64,000 nucleotides of DNA from Octopus vulgaris (Eukaryota). The stretch covers positions 52,142,001-52,206,000 of the forward strand of contig OX597823.1 in the NCBI GenBank assembly GCA_951406725.2. The letters are read 5' to 3'. A model generated the notes under the pieces. That model searched no databases. It was given only the letters and a program-made list of their open reading frames with translations, and was not told the origin of the DNA. Shown one piece after another: positions 26,496-39,666 of the stretch. The position numbers were made by a program, and so were the translations under genes. Numbering within the stretch: the first letter of the stretch is position 1; the number at the start of each line of letters is the position of its first letter.

Positions 26496-27937
26496 TACAG
26501 TGCATAAACTCTACATTATCTAATGTCCTTTTTACTTTCTTTTTTAAGACAGTAAGTTGGATGTGACTTCAAAACAATTTAGCTACAATTGCCAGCAAGT
26601 CAGTTTTATGATTTTGAAAATAGATGTTGTCAGGGAAGGTTTCAGTGGGTTTTTAGTATAATGCAGTGTAGTATAATGTAGTGGCTTTTCAGTATTATGC
26701 AGTGCTGGCTGTGCTATAGTTTGCCATATCATAGTGGGGTATAGCAAATACAAAAGCCTTAAATTTTGACGAAGAGGTGTAGTTGATCATATCAATCCCA
26801 ATACTTGAGAGGCATTTTTTTCAAAGAGCCATGGAAATATAAAATGCAAAATCTATTGCACTGCTCTATAGATTCTGTCAATCTACTGCCCTTGGTAATT
26901 AGCATAGAATTAATATTTTCATATTTCTGTTGAATATTAGTTTATCTCTCCTGAAGGAAGTCCATGACTGTAGTCTTAATATTCGATTATTTCCATAGGA
27001 AATCCTTTTGCATCTGTTTAGTTATTCTGTCATTGCTGTAGAGTTATATCAACTTCAACACACTGTTGTTGTTCTTAGTGCTGTTGAAGTACATTGGTTA
27101 GTAGAAAGTAACTGATTAGCTTGCTTAAGATTGATTTATCTAATACACTAGGCATTATGTGTTCTAATCAGTTATGGAACCACTCTAGCATCTCCATCAG
27201 ACTGTTCTTAGATGAGATTAAGGGTTTGGGTTGATGAATAAAGTTAATAAGTGAAATGGGCATATTTCAAATTAACATTTGTTGGCATTATTACATATTA
27301 TTCCATCTTTTTATGTTCTGAATTCAAATCCTTTAAATGCCAGTTGTATCTTTCTTCTTTTTGGGGGTCAATAAAGTAAAGGATTGATCAAGTATAGGAA
27401 CCCATGTAGTAGTCTGAGCCCCTCCTGTAGAAATTCGAAGCTAAATTAGAAAGGAGTGAGATTAAGTCCTGCTGATGCCAAATATTGCTTTTCATGCCCT
27501 CAAGATTGATAAAATAAAGTACTAGTTAAGTATTGGGGTCAGCTAATTTCCCCTGCAAAATCAGTATAACTGTGGCTCATCTTAGAAATGAGCCCTGTGA
27601 GACTGCTACATTGGGTGTCACTGGCCATTCTCCACAACACCATCTTTGCAATCATGTCTGCAAGGCATGGCTGAACACATTTGTGCTGGAGTGTACAACA
27701 TACTCCCTACCCACATCTTCTGCTGCTTAAATGGGTAATATTTATGGCACTCTTCTTTTTTTGCTTCTATATTTTCTGGAGGAGTAACCTCAATCCTATA
27801 TATATATAACCAAAATGAAGTAGATTGACAATTTATATTTTTTGCACCTGTGGAAGACACACGAGATGTCGAAATATCATTCACTTGATAACAATGGCAG
27901 TTTTCTTTTTTTGCTTCTATATTTTCTGGAGGAGCAA

Positions 27938-27991
27938 TACTATTATTATTATTATTATTATTGTTATTATTATTATTATTATTATTATTAA

Positions 27992-28040
<49 letters not shown>
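27938..28040. repeat. (ATT)n microsatellite, followed by SINE C at 28045-28248
   Basis: Directly visible. Confidence 0.9.
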
Positions 28041-28042
<2 letters not shown>

Positions 28043-28584
28043 GGCAAGAATCATTAGCACACCGGGCAAAATGCTTGCTGGTGTTTCATCTGCCTTTATG
28101 TTCTGCATTCAAATTCCGCTGAAGTTGACTTTGCCTTTCATCCTTTCAGACTTGATTAAATAAGTACCAGTTGAACACTGTGGTCGATTTAATCGACCTA
28201 GGCCCCCCCCCCCTAAATCTCCTGGCCTTGTACCAAAATTTGAAACTGGTTTTTATGAAGATGTATACAGTTGTAACTGATCACTGGTTCACATTATGTT
28301 AAATGTTTTTGATTAGGTACAAAGTAGTTACTATTTCTAAGGGAGTTGTCTGTTGGGGAGGTGGAGATGTAAATAAAGTAAAATGGTTTCAGGTGTGAAT
28401 AGAAGATGCTTTGAGATTCAATGGCTTACTAGGACCTCAAAAAACTGATGTGTTTTGAAATTACTCTTTGAACAAATTTTGGAAAACTAACTTGGATGAG
28501 AGGCATGTATGTGTGTATATGTCATTATGTATTTATGTATATGTTTGAATGTACGTATGTATATATATATATATATAGTGTGTT

Positions 28585-28830
28585 TCCTTCTGAAGCATGC
28601 CAGGCTCATAAGGGCTGGTTTCTCAGTTTCATGGTGTATAAATTCCCCCACCTGGATGGGACGTCAGTTCATCACAGGATTACTCATTTTTGCCAGCTGA
28701 GTGGACTGGAGCAAGTTGAAATGAAGTGTTTAGTTCAAGAACACAACGCATCACCTGGTCCAGGAATCGAAACCACACTCTTACGATCATGAGTACAACA
28801 ACCTAACCACTAAGCCACACACCTCCACAC
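28585..28830 (-). mobile_element. SINE family B
   Basis: Match to 24740-25003. Confidence 0.8.
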
Positions 28831-29626
28831 ACACATACATGTATACACATATATATTTGGTTTGAGGTATAGGCTGTGCCTCAAGCAAATACATTGTATG
28901 AGAAGTACACTTAAGCTTATGCTATCATTATACAACAGCATTACAACAGTCTTCGAGTGTCTTTTGTATTTTGGGTACACCAAGGGAAGATGAAAGAGAC
29001 TAGATTGGCTTAACAGGAACAGACGTTCTTGTCATCATCATTAATTATACAGTTTTGCAAGCTTTCGTGGGACAAATGAAATTTGTTGAGACCAATTTTC
29101 TACAACTAGATGCCCTTTCTCTGGTCAATCCTTATGTGTTTCCAAGAGAGATAATATTTCCTTGTGTCCAGATATGTTCTACATAAGACAGGAAATAAAT
29201 AACCTCACTTGTATGATGATGATGATCATCATCATCATGTACAACCAATCCATTTAGTCAAGTGGGATACACACAAACACACACAAATACACAAATATGC
29301 ATGCATCCCCCACCACACACACATATATGATGGGCTTCTTTCTGTTTCTAACTACTAAATCTGCTCATGAGTCTTTGTTTAGTGCAGGACTGTAGTAAAA
29401 GAATCTTGCCCAAAGTACCATGCTACAGGAATCCAATTCCCCAACCACTCAGCCATGCCTACACCTAGGATTTGGTCAGCCTGGAGTTATAACATAAAAC
29501 ACTTGCCCGAGGGGTCACTCAGTGGGACTGAACCCAGGACAACTTGGTTGAGAGGCAAGCTTCTGAACAACACAGCCATTCTTGAGATTCAGTCATATAT
29601 GTGTATATATACGTATATATCTATGC

Positions 29627-29676
<50 letters not shown>

Positions 29677-29806
29677 AATAGTAAAGTGTGAAAAAACGAC
29701 AGAAGGCTTAAATGTTAAAAAATATATATATTTGTGTCAAAATGTCTGGAGAATATTGGAAAAATTTTTTTCCTTTCCTTAAAATGACATAATTTAAACA
29801 TTTTAA

Positions 29807-29846
29807 AAGAAATTACCGGTTTCGCGTGTAGCTTTTCAAATTTCTT
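29807..29846 (-). ncRNA. Variant minimal HHR (U3-A8 core), minus copy
   Basis: Reverse complement of 29951-29990. Confidence 0.6.
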
Positions 29847-29950
29847 GTGACGTTATGTTTATATTGCATGGAGTTATCGTTGTATTTATTTTCAGGAGAT
29901 TTCTAAAATAAATACAACGATAACTCCATGCAATATAAACATAACGTCAC

Positions 29951-29990
29951 AAGAAATTTGAAAAGCTACACGCGAAACCGGTAATTTCTT
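29951..29990 (+). ncRNA. Variant minimal HHR (U3-A8 core)
   Basis: AAGAAAT-TTGAAAA-GC(tacac)GC-GAAACCGGTA-ATTTCTT: 7-bp stem I, palindromic ACCGGT, GUA triplet. Confidence 0.6.
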
Positions 29991-30272
29991 TAAAAATGTT
30001 TAAATTATGTCATTTTAAGGAAAGGAAAAAAATTTTTCCAATATTCTCCAGACATTTTGACACAAATATATATATATTTTAACATTTAAGCCTTCTGTCG
30101 TTTTTTCACACTTTACTATTTTCTTATATATTCACCCACGTGCTTTACCAAACAAACTTTCTTATCTATATATATATATATATATATATATCATGCTCCT
30201 CCCCATCATCATCATCATCAGATACATATATGTGTATGTGTGAATATATGTTTTTATACATGTATGAATGTG

Positions 30273-30597
30273 TGGGAGCGTGGCTTAGTGGTTAGGGTAT
30301 TTGGCACATGATTCGTAAGGTTGTGAGTTTGATCCCAGTGACGCCTTGTATCCTTGAGCAAGACACTTTATTTCACGTTGCTCCAGTCCACTCAGCTAGC
30401 AAAAATGAGTAGTAGTACCGGTATTTAAAAGGGTTGGCCTTGTCACACTCTGTGTCATGCTGAATCTCCTTGTGAACTGCATTAAGAGTACACATGTCTG
30501 TGGAGTGCTCAGCCACTTACACGTTAATTTCATGAGCAAGCTGTTCCATTGATTGTATCAGCTGGGACCCTCGTCATCGTAAGCAACGGAGTGCTCC
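30273..30597 (+). mobile_element. SINE with family B head and a different 3' body
   Basis: TGGCTTAGTGG head and TTGAGCAAGACACTT block, then GGAGTGCTCAGCCACTTACACGTTAATTTC. Confidence 0.75.
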
Positions 30598-30704
30598 TTT
30601 AACATGCATGAATAGATGCATATGTGTGTGTGTGTATATCATCATATGTGTATATGCATAGACATGAGTATATGTATATGTATGTGTGTATATATATATA
30701 TATA

Positions 30705-31230
30705 AATAAAAGGAGTTGAACGAAGATGTTAATAAAATTCCTTTACTTTCGACATATGTTTCAAAGACAGTATGGTTTTATTCCAAAGGAATAAACGGTG
30801 TAAGATGCAATCTTCTCATCAGGAGAGAAAGAGAGCCTCTCTCAACAACAAGACAAAATAATAATTACGATGGCTGCCTACATGATAAACAAAACGTTAA
30901 TAAGTGTTTAAAAAAAAAGTTAGTAGAATTGACATCAAAGTTAGATAGTAGGAAGAGAAGGGTTAAAGGAATGATAAATAGGGAACAAATAGAGAGGGAG
31001 GGGTACGTTGATTAAAAGAATGTTCAAAGGCTTAGGAAAGGATTTCTTTACTGAAGTGAAGTGCATGTTTATTTATTTATTCATATATAACACAAAAATT
31101 TCTGCACATGAACCCGGAGTTTCTCCCTTTGGATAGGTCACTTCAACCGTGTTTCTGACGTGAATTTGCTACCCTGGTATCGGTTCATTGAATTTTCCAT
31201 GTTGATGGTAAACAAAATAATTCATTCACC

Positions 31231-31237
<7 letters not shown>
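30705..31237 (-). mobile_element. PLE-like non-coding insertion in (TA)n carrying an HHR
   Basis: Bounded by (TA)n on both sides. HHR at 30747-30826. Confidence 0.55.
30747..30826 (-). ncRNA. Minimal type I HHR with extended stem II
   Basis: TCTC-CTGATGA-GAAGAT...GTCTTT-GAAACATATGTC-GAAA. Palindromic ACATATGT, GUC triplet, one mismatch in stem I. Confidence 0.7.
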
Positions 31238-31277
<40 letters not shown>

Positions 31278-31730
31278 TTACCACTGCTAGCTTGCAGTAT
31301 TAGGAAAAGCCTAGGTGAAGGTACTCCGATACAAAACCTGCAGTCAACTTAGTACTAGTCATCTTGCTTTGCTTGTCACTGGAATCTACTATGTTGACCC
31401 AGGGAGTGGCAAAAGTGTTGTCCAAGTGTTTGTCACTGAAATCCAATGAAGTACAGATGTCCCCGACAAAACACCATCATTGTACAATCATCGCTTTTCA
31501 AAAGTCCTATGGTGATGGAGAAGTGGCGAGGTATGCTGATAACTTGGAAGCATACAGTTATCTTTCACTCATGTTTTAAACACTGTCAGTCAGTAGCTGG
31601 TCTTAAAAGTCATCTAAGGGCTCATCAACGGATTGATTATACTGTGTGATGGGGTGTAGGATGTGTGTTGATGGGACGGCTATCAGCTCTCAAAATGAAG
31701 CAAGCATGTATCATAAATATATATATATAT

Positions 31731-32067
31731 ATTGGAAGGTTTGGAGATGATGTACAGGTATTATATATTAGAAGAAATGAGGTAATCAGATCAGATGGTT
31801 CATATTTATAGATATTTATTTATATATTACATTTTTTACATATATATATCATATCATTCAGATCATATCATTCGGATTATTAGCGCTTTCTCCCATTCCA
31901 GTGGGGTTTTCAAATCAAATTTGATTTGATTTGAAAACCCCACTGGAATGGGAGAAAGCACTAATAATCCGAATGATATGATCTGAATGATATATATATA
32001 TGTAAAAAATGTAATATATAAATAAATATCTATAAATATGAACCATCCGATCTGATTACCTCATTTC

Positions 32068-32079
<12 letters not shown>
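31731..32079. repeat. Second long palindrome (~157-bp arms) with variant HHR pair
   Basis: Arms 31762-31920 and 31924-32079. 31-nt unique extension 31731-31761. TTGAAAA-CCCCA(ctggaa)TGGGA-GAAAGCGCTA on the minus arm. Confidence 0.9.
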
Positions 32080-32124
<45 letters not shown>

Positions 32125-32126
32125 AT

Positions 32127-32360
32127 AAATCCTTAAAATCCTTAAAAATGTTTTAGCCCGAAGGCCGCGGCCATGCTGGGGCACCACCGCTGAATGAGCC
32201 ACACTAGTTTGTGAATCCACCTCTGATACGTGGCACTTGATCAACAAGGGAGTTCGATGCTGCTGCCCGCATCCGTGTCTCCTGTCGTGAGGTAGGTTCA
32301 TCTGGGACTCCCAACAAGAAGAGATCCAGTTTAGTTTTAAAGAAACCCACATCCACACCA
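32127..32360 (-). pseudogene. CR1-like LINE C-terminus, 3' UTR and (TTTTAAGGA)n tail
   Basis: Minus strand reads [22 protein letters not shown]...RAAASNSLVDQ...*, followed by a short UTR. Confidence 0.75.
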
Positions 32361-32539
32361 TGTAAGTCTCATGTATTTATATATGCATGAATACGGGCAT
32401 GCGTGTGTGTGTGAATGTGTGCATGTATGTGTATGATCATAAATGTGTATGTGCATATATATGTGTGTATATAAATATGTATATATATATACATATATGT
32501 ATATATATGTATGTATATACATATATATATGTATGTATG

Positions 32540-32600
<61 letters not shown>

Positions 32601-33131
32601 ATTTATGTATGTATGTATATATATATGTATGTATGTATATATATATGTATGTATATATATAGATATATGTATATATCTATATATATATATATATATATAC
32701 GTACATTCCAAAAATCAATTATGCATGTAGAATAAAAGGAACCATCATCATTAGGAAGACCAAACCTTATATAAACAATAAAAAGAAAGCTGCATGCTGC
32801 TGAGTAGTAACAATTATAGCAATGCTTCCTTGTGCAGGCAAAGTCAACAACCTTCATGTAGACACATACACACACTACAGAGCAGAAAAAGCTAGCTCAC
32901 AACCCTGAATCTTCAAGTTACTTTTCCTGAAGAGTGGGTTTTAATCCTGAAAATAACTTACTTTGTTTTTGCTGTATTCAAGTATGGTGACCAGACATGT
33001 TTTCAAGGATGATTGGAAACAGAGGACACCGCTTGCACAGCAGTGAAACTTGTTTTGAACTATTACATGACCTCAAACCAAGGAGGCACAAACACACATG
33101 TATACACATACTAATGCATTTGTGCGTGCAT

Positions 33132-33164
<33 letters not shown>

Positions 33165-33349
33165 CACATATGACAGGTTTCTCTCAGTTTATGCCTATCA
33201 AATCGATTCACAAAATTTTGATCAACCTAGTGCTATAGTAGAAGTCATTTTCCCAACATTCCATACTGTAGGATTGAACCCACAAACTTCCTATTACAAA
33301 GCCCGCCCTGCACTTATGTGTATGAGTGCAAGTATGTACATACATGTAT

Positions 33350-33350
<1 letters not shown>

Positions 33351-33424
<74 letters not shown>

Positions 33425-33440
33425 GTAGATAGATAGATAG
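33351..33440. repeat. (GATA)n microsatellite
   Basis: Directly visible. Others at 59722-59860, 60828-60900 and 62482-62590. Confidence 0.95.
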
Positions 33441-35474
33441 AGAGAGAAAAAGATGTTACAAGGAAAGATTTAAAAGCAAAATGAAGAGGGACTACGCAAA
33501 ATACAGCAAGGTGTCTTTTTGAGCACTCTATCATTTCTGTCAATTCTATTGCCTTTAATCAACTTACATAATATTAAAGGCTTTGCAAAACCCCAAAAGA
33601 TTTTCCTGGCTACTTGATCTAGCAACTTGTAAGGATGAGATTTCCTACTTCGTGGTGTGAAATATTCTTGTAGCTAATCAGCAAAAATGATACAAAAATC
33701 TGTCAACTGTACAATTTTTGGTATTCAAAAAATATTCTTCAAATAGAAAAATTTCTACTGGTCATATATGGCCCTAAGAATTCCTTTCATTCACAGACTG
33801 TAAATATGTCTAATATGATTTCACCGAGTAGTATAAGGTTAGGTTTGTTAGAATTTTATGGTTAGTTGTGGCCACACCTCAGCTTCAAAAGGATATATTC
33901 TGATTTGATGACCTTAAACATTTAATCACTGACTAAAGGGTGGCTGCAATAAATTGATTATCATTGAAGCAAAATTGAGTTTGATCTGCAGAAGATCATA
34001 GAAGAGTGGAAATAGTGATTAGGAAAATTAGATCCATGCAAGCAGTAGAAGAAGGGAAGACTGATATAGTTGAGTAATGTGAAACCTTAACATAGTTATT
34101 TAGTAAGGTGACAGTTAAATGAGAATGCTTTATGTGAGTTGTAGCAGTGAAAAGAAAAATAAGAAAGAACGAAAGTTAAAAAGAAAGAAAGAAAAGGAAA
34201 GAGAAGGCGAGAGATAGTTCCCTACAACTGGACACTGGGAATAGTTCAAGAAAAATGGTAGAATATTACATAAAATGATTAGCAATTATTGGCGTTTCTG
34301 AGGAAAATAATGGCCTTCGCTTCACTTTTCTTGAGTATTTTAGGTAAGATATATGTCATATATATTTTTCATATCCTCAAAATCATCATCACATATAGTT
34401 TTATGTGACTTTTATTTCAGAGTCCTTCCTACTTTAGACAGGTCTGCTGCAGTATTGCATTTCTTCGAAAATTACTTTCTTTGATTGATTCTTTTGTATG
34501 TCCAAACTCTCTTATATTACATCTATCTTAGTAACTTCAAATTTTCTTTTAACTTGCTTTCTCAGAGTTGCAAGAAGCTTTTGTCAATTATTCTTTCTTA
34601 TAAGATACCCATGCTATAAAAAGCCATCAATATATTATTGTGTCTATTCATTGTTATAATTTTTTGTATTTAATTGCAAATTGAATTGATTTGGTTAGAA
34701 TCTTTATTTTCTGCAACAAAATGTACTTAAGGCTATTGCATATTCTTTTAGCTTATTTTGATGGAGTATGTATGATAAACACACCTCATTGCTTTTCAGC
34801 TTTGTTAGAATTTATTTAACTTTTATACAACACTTTTTCCTTCTGCTTGAAAACTAAGTCAATTTGGCAAATACGTTTTATTCTTCATCAAGTTGATAAA
34901 GTTTTATTCTCTTTTATGCGTGCATATAAAAATATTTATCGTTCTTAAACAAGAATATTATCGATACTGACTTCGATGTGTCAGCCAGCTAAGCCATCAT
35001 TAGACATATATATATATAAAAGTATATATTTTTATATATAAGTTAGTTGAACAATGGGGACAAGTGCCAATCAAGGCCTGTAAGATGTGAAATCCAGGTG
35101 GAACATTGATCGCAAGTGGAGGTAGGTAAGGAGGAACTCATAACTATCAGCTAAAAATAAAAACACTTCACAGCCACCTTCAATTTTGAGATTTCTTCCC
35201 ATTCTGAGGCTTAAACACCACATTATTCTGCCTTGTCAGATTTCTCTCAGAGGCTCTAGTGCCAATGACCTCTGCAGGCCACTTCCAAAACAGGTAAAAA
35301 TTGATGCACAGCCTGAATATTTCAACTCAATGTATGCAGAAAATATAAATTCAATCCAAATCTTTGCAAGACTGAACTCTACAAAAGGGGCCTTGCAGAG
35401 TTTCTGATTCCTTAAACTCTTAGAATCAACTTCAAACACTTGATACTACACAGCTAATAATATTCCACAGAACT

Positions 35475-35690
35475 GGCAGTGAGCTTGCAGAATCATTAGC
35501 ATGCCAGGCAAAATGCTTAGAGGTATTCTGTTAATCTTTAAGTTCTGAGTTCAAATTCTGCCAAGGCCGACTTTGCCTTTCATCCTTTTGGGGTCAATAA
35601 AATAAGTATCAGCAGAACACTGGGTTCGATGCTATCGACTTATCCTCTCCCCCAAACTTGCTGGCATTGTGCCAACATTTGAAACAAATA
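35475..35690 (+). mobile_element. SINE family C
   Basis: GGCAGTGAGCTTGCAGAATC head, GCCTTTCATCCTTTTGGGGTCAATAAAATAAGTA body. Confidence 0.8.
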
Positions 35691-35796
35691 TTACACAGAA
35701 ATTCCATTCCAATATCTGCAGGAAAATGTAGGTTTGATTCATATTCTTGCGAGAATGAAAAATTTACTATCGGTGCCTAGCACTGATTTTCCTTCC

Positions 35797-36023
35797 TTAA
35801 TCCTTTAGTATTCAGATAACTCTGTAATGCATATATATCCACATTGGTTTGAATTGATTATGCATTATCTCATAGCTTCAATATTTCAGTGATGAGACTG
35901 ATCATTTTTATAAAAACGTTGTAGGGTAGGTGTGAGAAGCTAAGCCAGATCTGGCCGGTTTTAACATAAAAACAGGTAGAATATTTGGACCTAACATGGC
36001 CGGATTAAATGCTAAAGGGTTAA
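35797..36023. mobile_element. piggyBac-like MITE (best copy)
   Basis: TTAA-TCCTTTAGTATT...AATGCTAAAGGG-TTAA. Confidence 0.75.
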
Positions 36024-36160
36024 CCTCCTTTGAAAAGAATTTCAAACACTTGATACAACACCCAAATTACCAAACTCTGAGATACTAATTCCACAACACT
36101 GATCATTACTCAAATCATTATGGTCAGTTGCAGTTACTTCATACTTTTGTTACAGTTATA

Positions 36161-36573
36161 GGTGCAGGAGTGGCTGTGTGGTAAGTAGCTTGCTAACCAA
36201 CCACATGGTTCCGGGTTCAGTCCCACTGCGTGGCATCTTGGGCAAGTGTCTTCTGCTATGGCCCTGGGCCGACCAATGCCTTGTGAGTGGATTTGGTAGA
36301 CGGAAACTGAAAGAAGCCTGTCGTATATATGTATATATATATATATGTGTGTGTGTTTGTGTGTGTGTGTTTGTCCCCCTAGCATTGCTTGACAACCGAT
36401 GCTGGTGTGTTTATGTCCCCGTCACTTAGCGGTTCGGCAAAAGAGACTGATAGAATAAGTACTAGGCTTACAAAGAATAAGTCCGGGGGTCGATTTGCTT
36501 GACTAAAGGCGGTGCTCCAGCATGGCCGCAGTCAAATGACTGAAACAAGTAAAAGAGTAAAAGAGTAAAGAGT
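36161..36573 (+). mobile_element. SINE family A reference copy (tRNA-derived, CORE-like)
   Basis: A-box TGGCTGTGTGG, B-box GGTTCAGTCCC, TTGGGCAAGTGTCTT block, internal (TA)n(TG)n, 3' hairpin and (GTAAAAGA)n tail. Confidence 0.9.
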
Positions 36574-37509
36574 TGTTTTTATTGCGAGTAATTTTACAAT
36601 GATATTTTGTAAGCATCCCTAAGCACTAAACAAACAATAGCCATATATTATTTGTGATGTAATGCTTTTCTCAAGAAGTCTATTTTCAACCATGTGGCTC
36701 TGGGTTTAATTTCATGTCTTCTTTATTAGCCTTAGCTTGACAAATGTTCTGTTGAATTTGGTAGTAAGAAACTCTGTAGAAAGCTGACATATGTGTGTTT
36801 GCACGTGTTTGTGAGCCTATGTTCATGTATACCTTGTCTAAAGCATTAGAAGATAACTTAGCCATTTGATGAATAGATAAAATATGTACCAGCCTAAAAT
36901 AAGCAAGGGAACAACTTGATCAACTAACGACACTTGAAGATGGTGCCTCAGCAAAGGAAGCAGCATTGCTCATAAGGGAGAAATTCGTTTGAAATAAGGA
37001 TCAAAAAACAGTTGTCAAAAATCAATTTTCATTTACCAAGAAAAGGACACATATAAACATTCTCTTACATTTGCCTTACACACACACACACACACACACA
37101 CGCACTTTGATCTTAGCATATAGCCATGTGTCCTTTCTTGTCAATTTCCACTTGGAACCAATGTTACACCTGAATCTCCCCTCTTAAAGGCCTTGATTGG
37201 CCCTTCTCCCCATTGTTCAACTGACTTCCATATATGATGGGCTTATTTCAATTTCCATCTGCCAAGTCCACACACAATGCTTTGTTTGGCCTTTAACTAG
37301 AACAGAAGACACTGATCAAGGTGCCACCCTATAGATTTGAACCTGAAATCACGTGGCTGGAAAGTAAACTTCTTAACCACATATCCATGCTTGTGCCTTC
37401 AAAATATATAAAAACATATATCAAAAAGAAAAATCAAAACTATAATGTGAAATTTGTTTTATATCTTTGTGGCTGAATACACAAATAAACTGCAGGTAAT
37501 GGAGATGTT

Positions 37510-37815
37510 ATTTTTTGTTCTTTCTCGAGCCATGCCTAGCTCATAAGGGCCGGTTTTCTGGTTTCTTTGGTGTATAGGTTCCCCACCTGGATGGGAAGCC
37601 GGTCCCTCACAGGTGAGCTGCAAGATGCAGGAAGAAAGAGTGAGAGAAGGTTGTGGCGAAAGAGTCAGCAGAAGTTCGCCATTAACTTCTGCTGGAGCTG
37701 CATGGAGCTTAGGTGTTTCGCTCATAAACACACACATCACTCGGTCTGAGATTCGAACCCACAATCCCTCAACTGCAAATCCACTGCTCTAACCACTAGG
37801 CCATGTGCCTCCACA
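37510..37815 (-). mobile_element. SINE with family B-like head and tail but different middle
   Basis: TGGCCTAGTGG A-box, GGTTCGAATC B-box. Tail shared with 28585-28680. Confidence 0.7.
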
Positions 37816-39619
37816 CAATGGAGATGTAAGGATGTTTTATTTGAATTAATCCTGCATTATCTCATAGTTTCATGATTTCAATTATGTGATTGTTTATTTT
37901 TAAAATGACATCGTAGGGTAGATATGAGAGTCTGATTCTAGCCAGTTTGAACATAAAAAAGTAAAATATTTGGGTCAGATATGGTAGGTTTAAATGCATG
38001 CCAAAGGGTCAATCTGAAGCCACTTCTTTTTAATCACTGAGAAAACCCACATGCTTTCAAGAATGTTAGCAATCACAAACATTTTGTCACATACCAGCAT
38101 AAGTGAAAAGCATGGATGACTAATTGAGTCCCTGAAGGTTGGTTTCTGAATAGTTTTGTTCACCAGGGAAAGAAAAATTGTCCTAAGAAGTGAATTACAT
38201 TCAAAATTTTTAAAGTTTTAGATAATGCTCATCTACAGCAATTCAACAATTTTTATTTACTATTGAGAGCCTCTTCATCTCTCAGCTGACAGTTCCTTGC
38301 CTTGCAAGCTACTTGGCAATCCAGTGCATGCTGGTGCCACATAAAAAACACCCAAGCTAGTGCCATGTAAAAGAGCACCCGTGCCAGTGCCACATAAAAG
38401 TTCTTGTGCTGGTGCCACGTAAAAAGTACCCAATTACCCAATACAGTGTGAAGTAGTTGACATTAGTAAGCACATCTGGCTATAGAAACCATACAAAAAA
38501 AGAACTGGAGCCAAGTGCAGCCCTCTGACTTGCCAGTTCTTGTCAAACCATCCAACCCATGCCAGCATGGAAAATACACATTTAATGGTGATGATGATGA
38601 TGACGACAACAACAACGATATGAATGCCTCTTTATTTCATTTATTCATTCACTGGTATTTTTCTTTACTATATTTTTTTCGTTCTTTTCTTTCTGTTTAC
38701 TTTTGTAAATGGTATCGTTTTCACTAAATTAATTAGGTGTTATGTTTGTTTGACAATGACTTGGTCTGAGCCTGTCTTAAAACTGAAGTAATTACATAGC
38801 ATGAAAGTAATTGTAGCCTTTTAAAAACACACAAAAATTCAAACTTATATTTTGCTATTTTTTGTACATATATGTGTGGTAGCCTGTTTTGTGTTTTTGT
38901 GAGTTCAAATGTTAAGAATTGCTGAGATGTTCTAGATGATTTGCAGCATTATCTGAAATTAATAAGATTTTGAATGCAATTTTCTCTTAATTACTATATT
39001 CCTTTACCCAGTGAACAAAACTATTCTGAAACCAATCTTCAAAGAATTGCTTAGTCATCCATGAGTTTTTGTTGTAATGGTTGGTTTAGAAGAATCTTGT
39101 GATTACTAACTTTTTAATTTGGACTGATAAGCTGTATAGAGGAGACAACTAGTAGAGGTTAGCATTCTTCAATATGCCCACTAACTACCATCATAATCAC
39201 CTGTTATCATTACTATTGACTACCACAAACCGATGAAAAGTTTTCACTAGTCTTTTAACCTACGAGGAATAACAGCTAAATCTCCTTCAATTTGCTATTT
39301 GTTGTATTTAGATAGAAAAACATTTTGGACAACATATTTCGTTTTGGGATTTGGTTTGCAAGATTCTTTATTTGTGTTCGTGTGTTGAAGCCCATTCTGT
39401 TTTTGTTTATAATGAAGTCTGTAATTGAAAGAAGACATTAAACTTGCTTTTCCAAAGATTTTGACAGTTCTAGGTGGTACCTGCATAAAACCTTCTCTTT
39501 TATTCACTGTTTTTACTTTTTTACTTTTAAATCCATGATACATTTTCTATAGTTTCTGCAATAACTTATGCTCTATTATTCTCATCTAGTAATATATATA
39601 TATATATATATATCTACAT

Positions 39620-39650
<31 letters not shown>

Positions 39651-39666
39651 CACATATATATATATA

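Larger units (their letters stand above)
29673..30124. repeat. Long near-perfect palindrome (220-bp arms, 12-nt spacer), PLE-like
   Basis: Arms 29673-29892 and 29905-30124, with about two mismatches seen. Unique extension 30125-30166. (TA)n on both sides. Confidence 0.95.

Noticed and set aside
27744-27937. ~45-bp direct duplication
   Set aside because: Local duplication without element hallmarks.
32926-32960. CTGAAGA...GAAA hammerhead candidate
   Set aside because: No stem III palindrome and no stem I partner.
36161-36235. tRNA gene
   Set aside because: It is the tRNA-derived head of a multi-copy SINE, with no terminator or clear cloverleaf.
39295-39543. 82-aa minus-strand ORF
   Set aside because: No recognisable motif and ambiguous splice signals.
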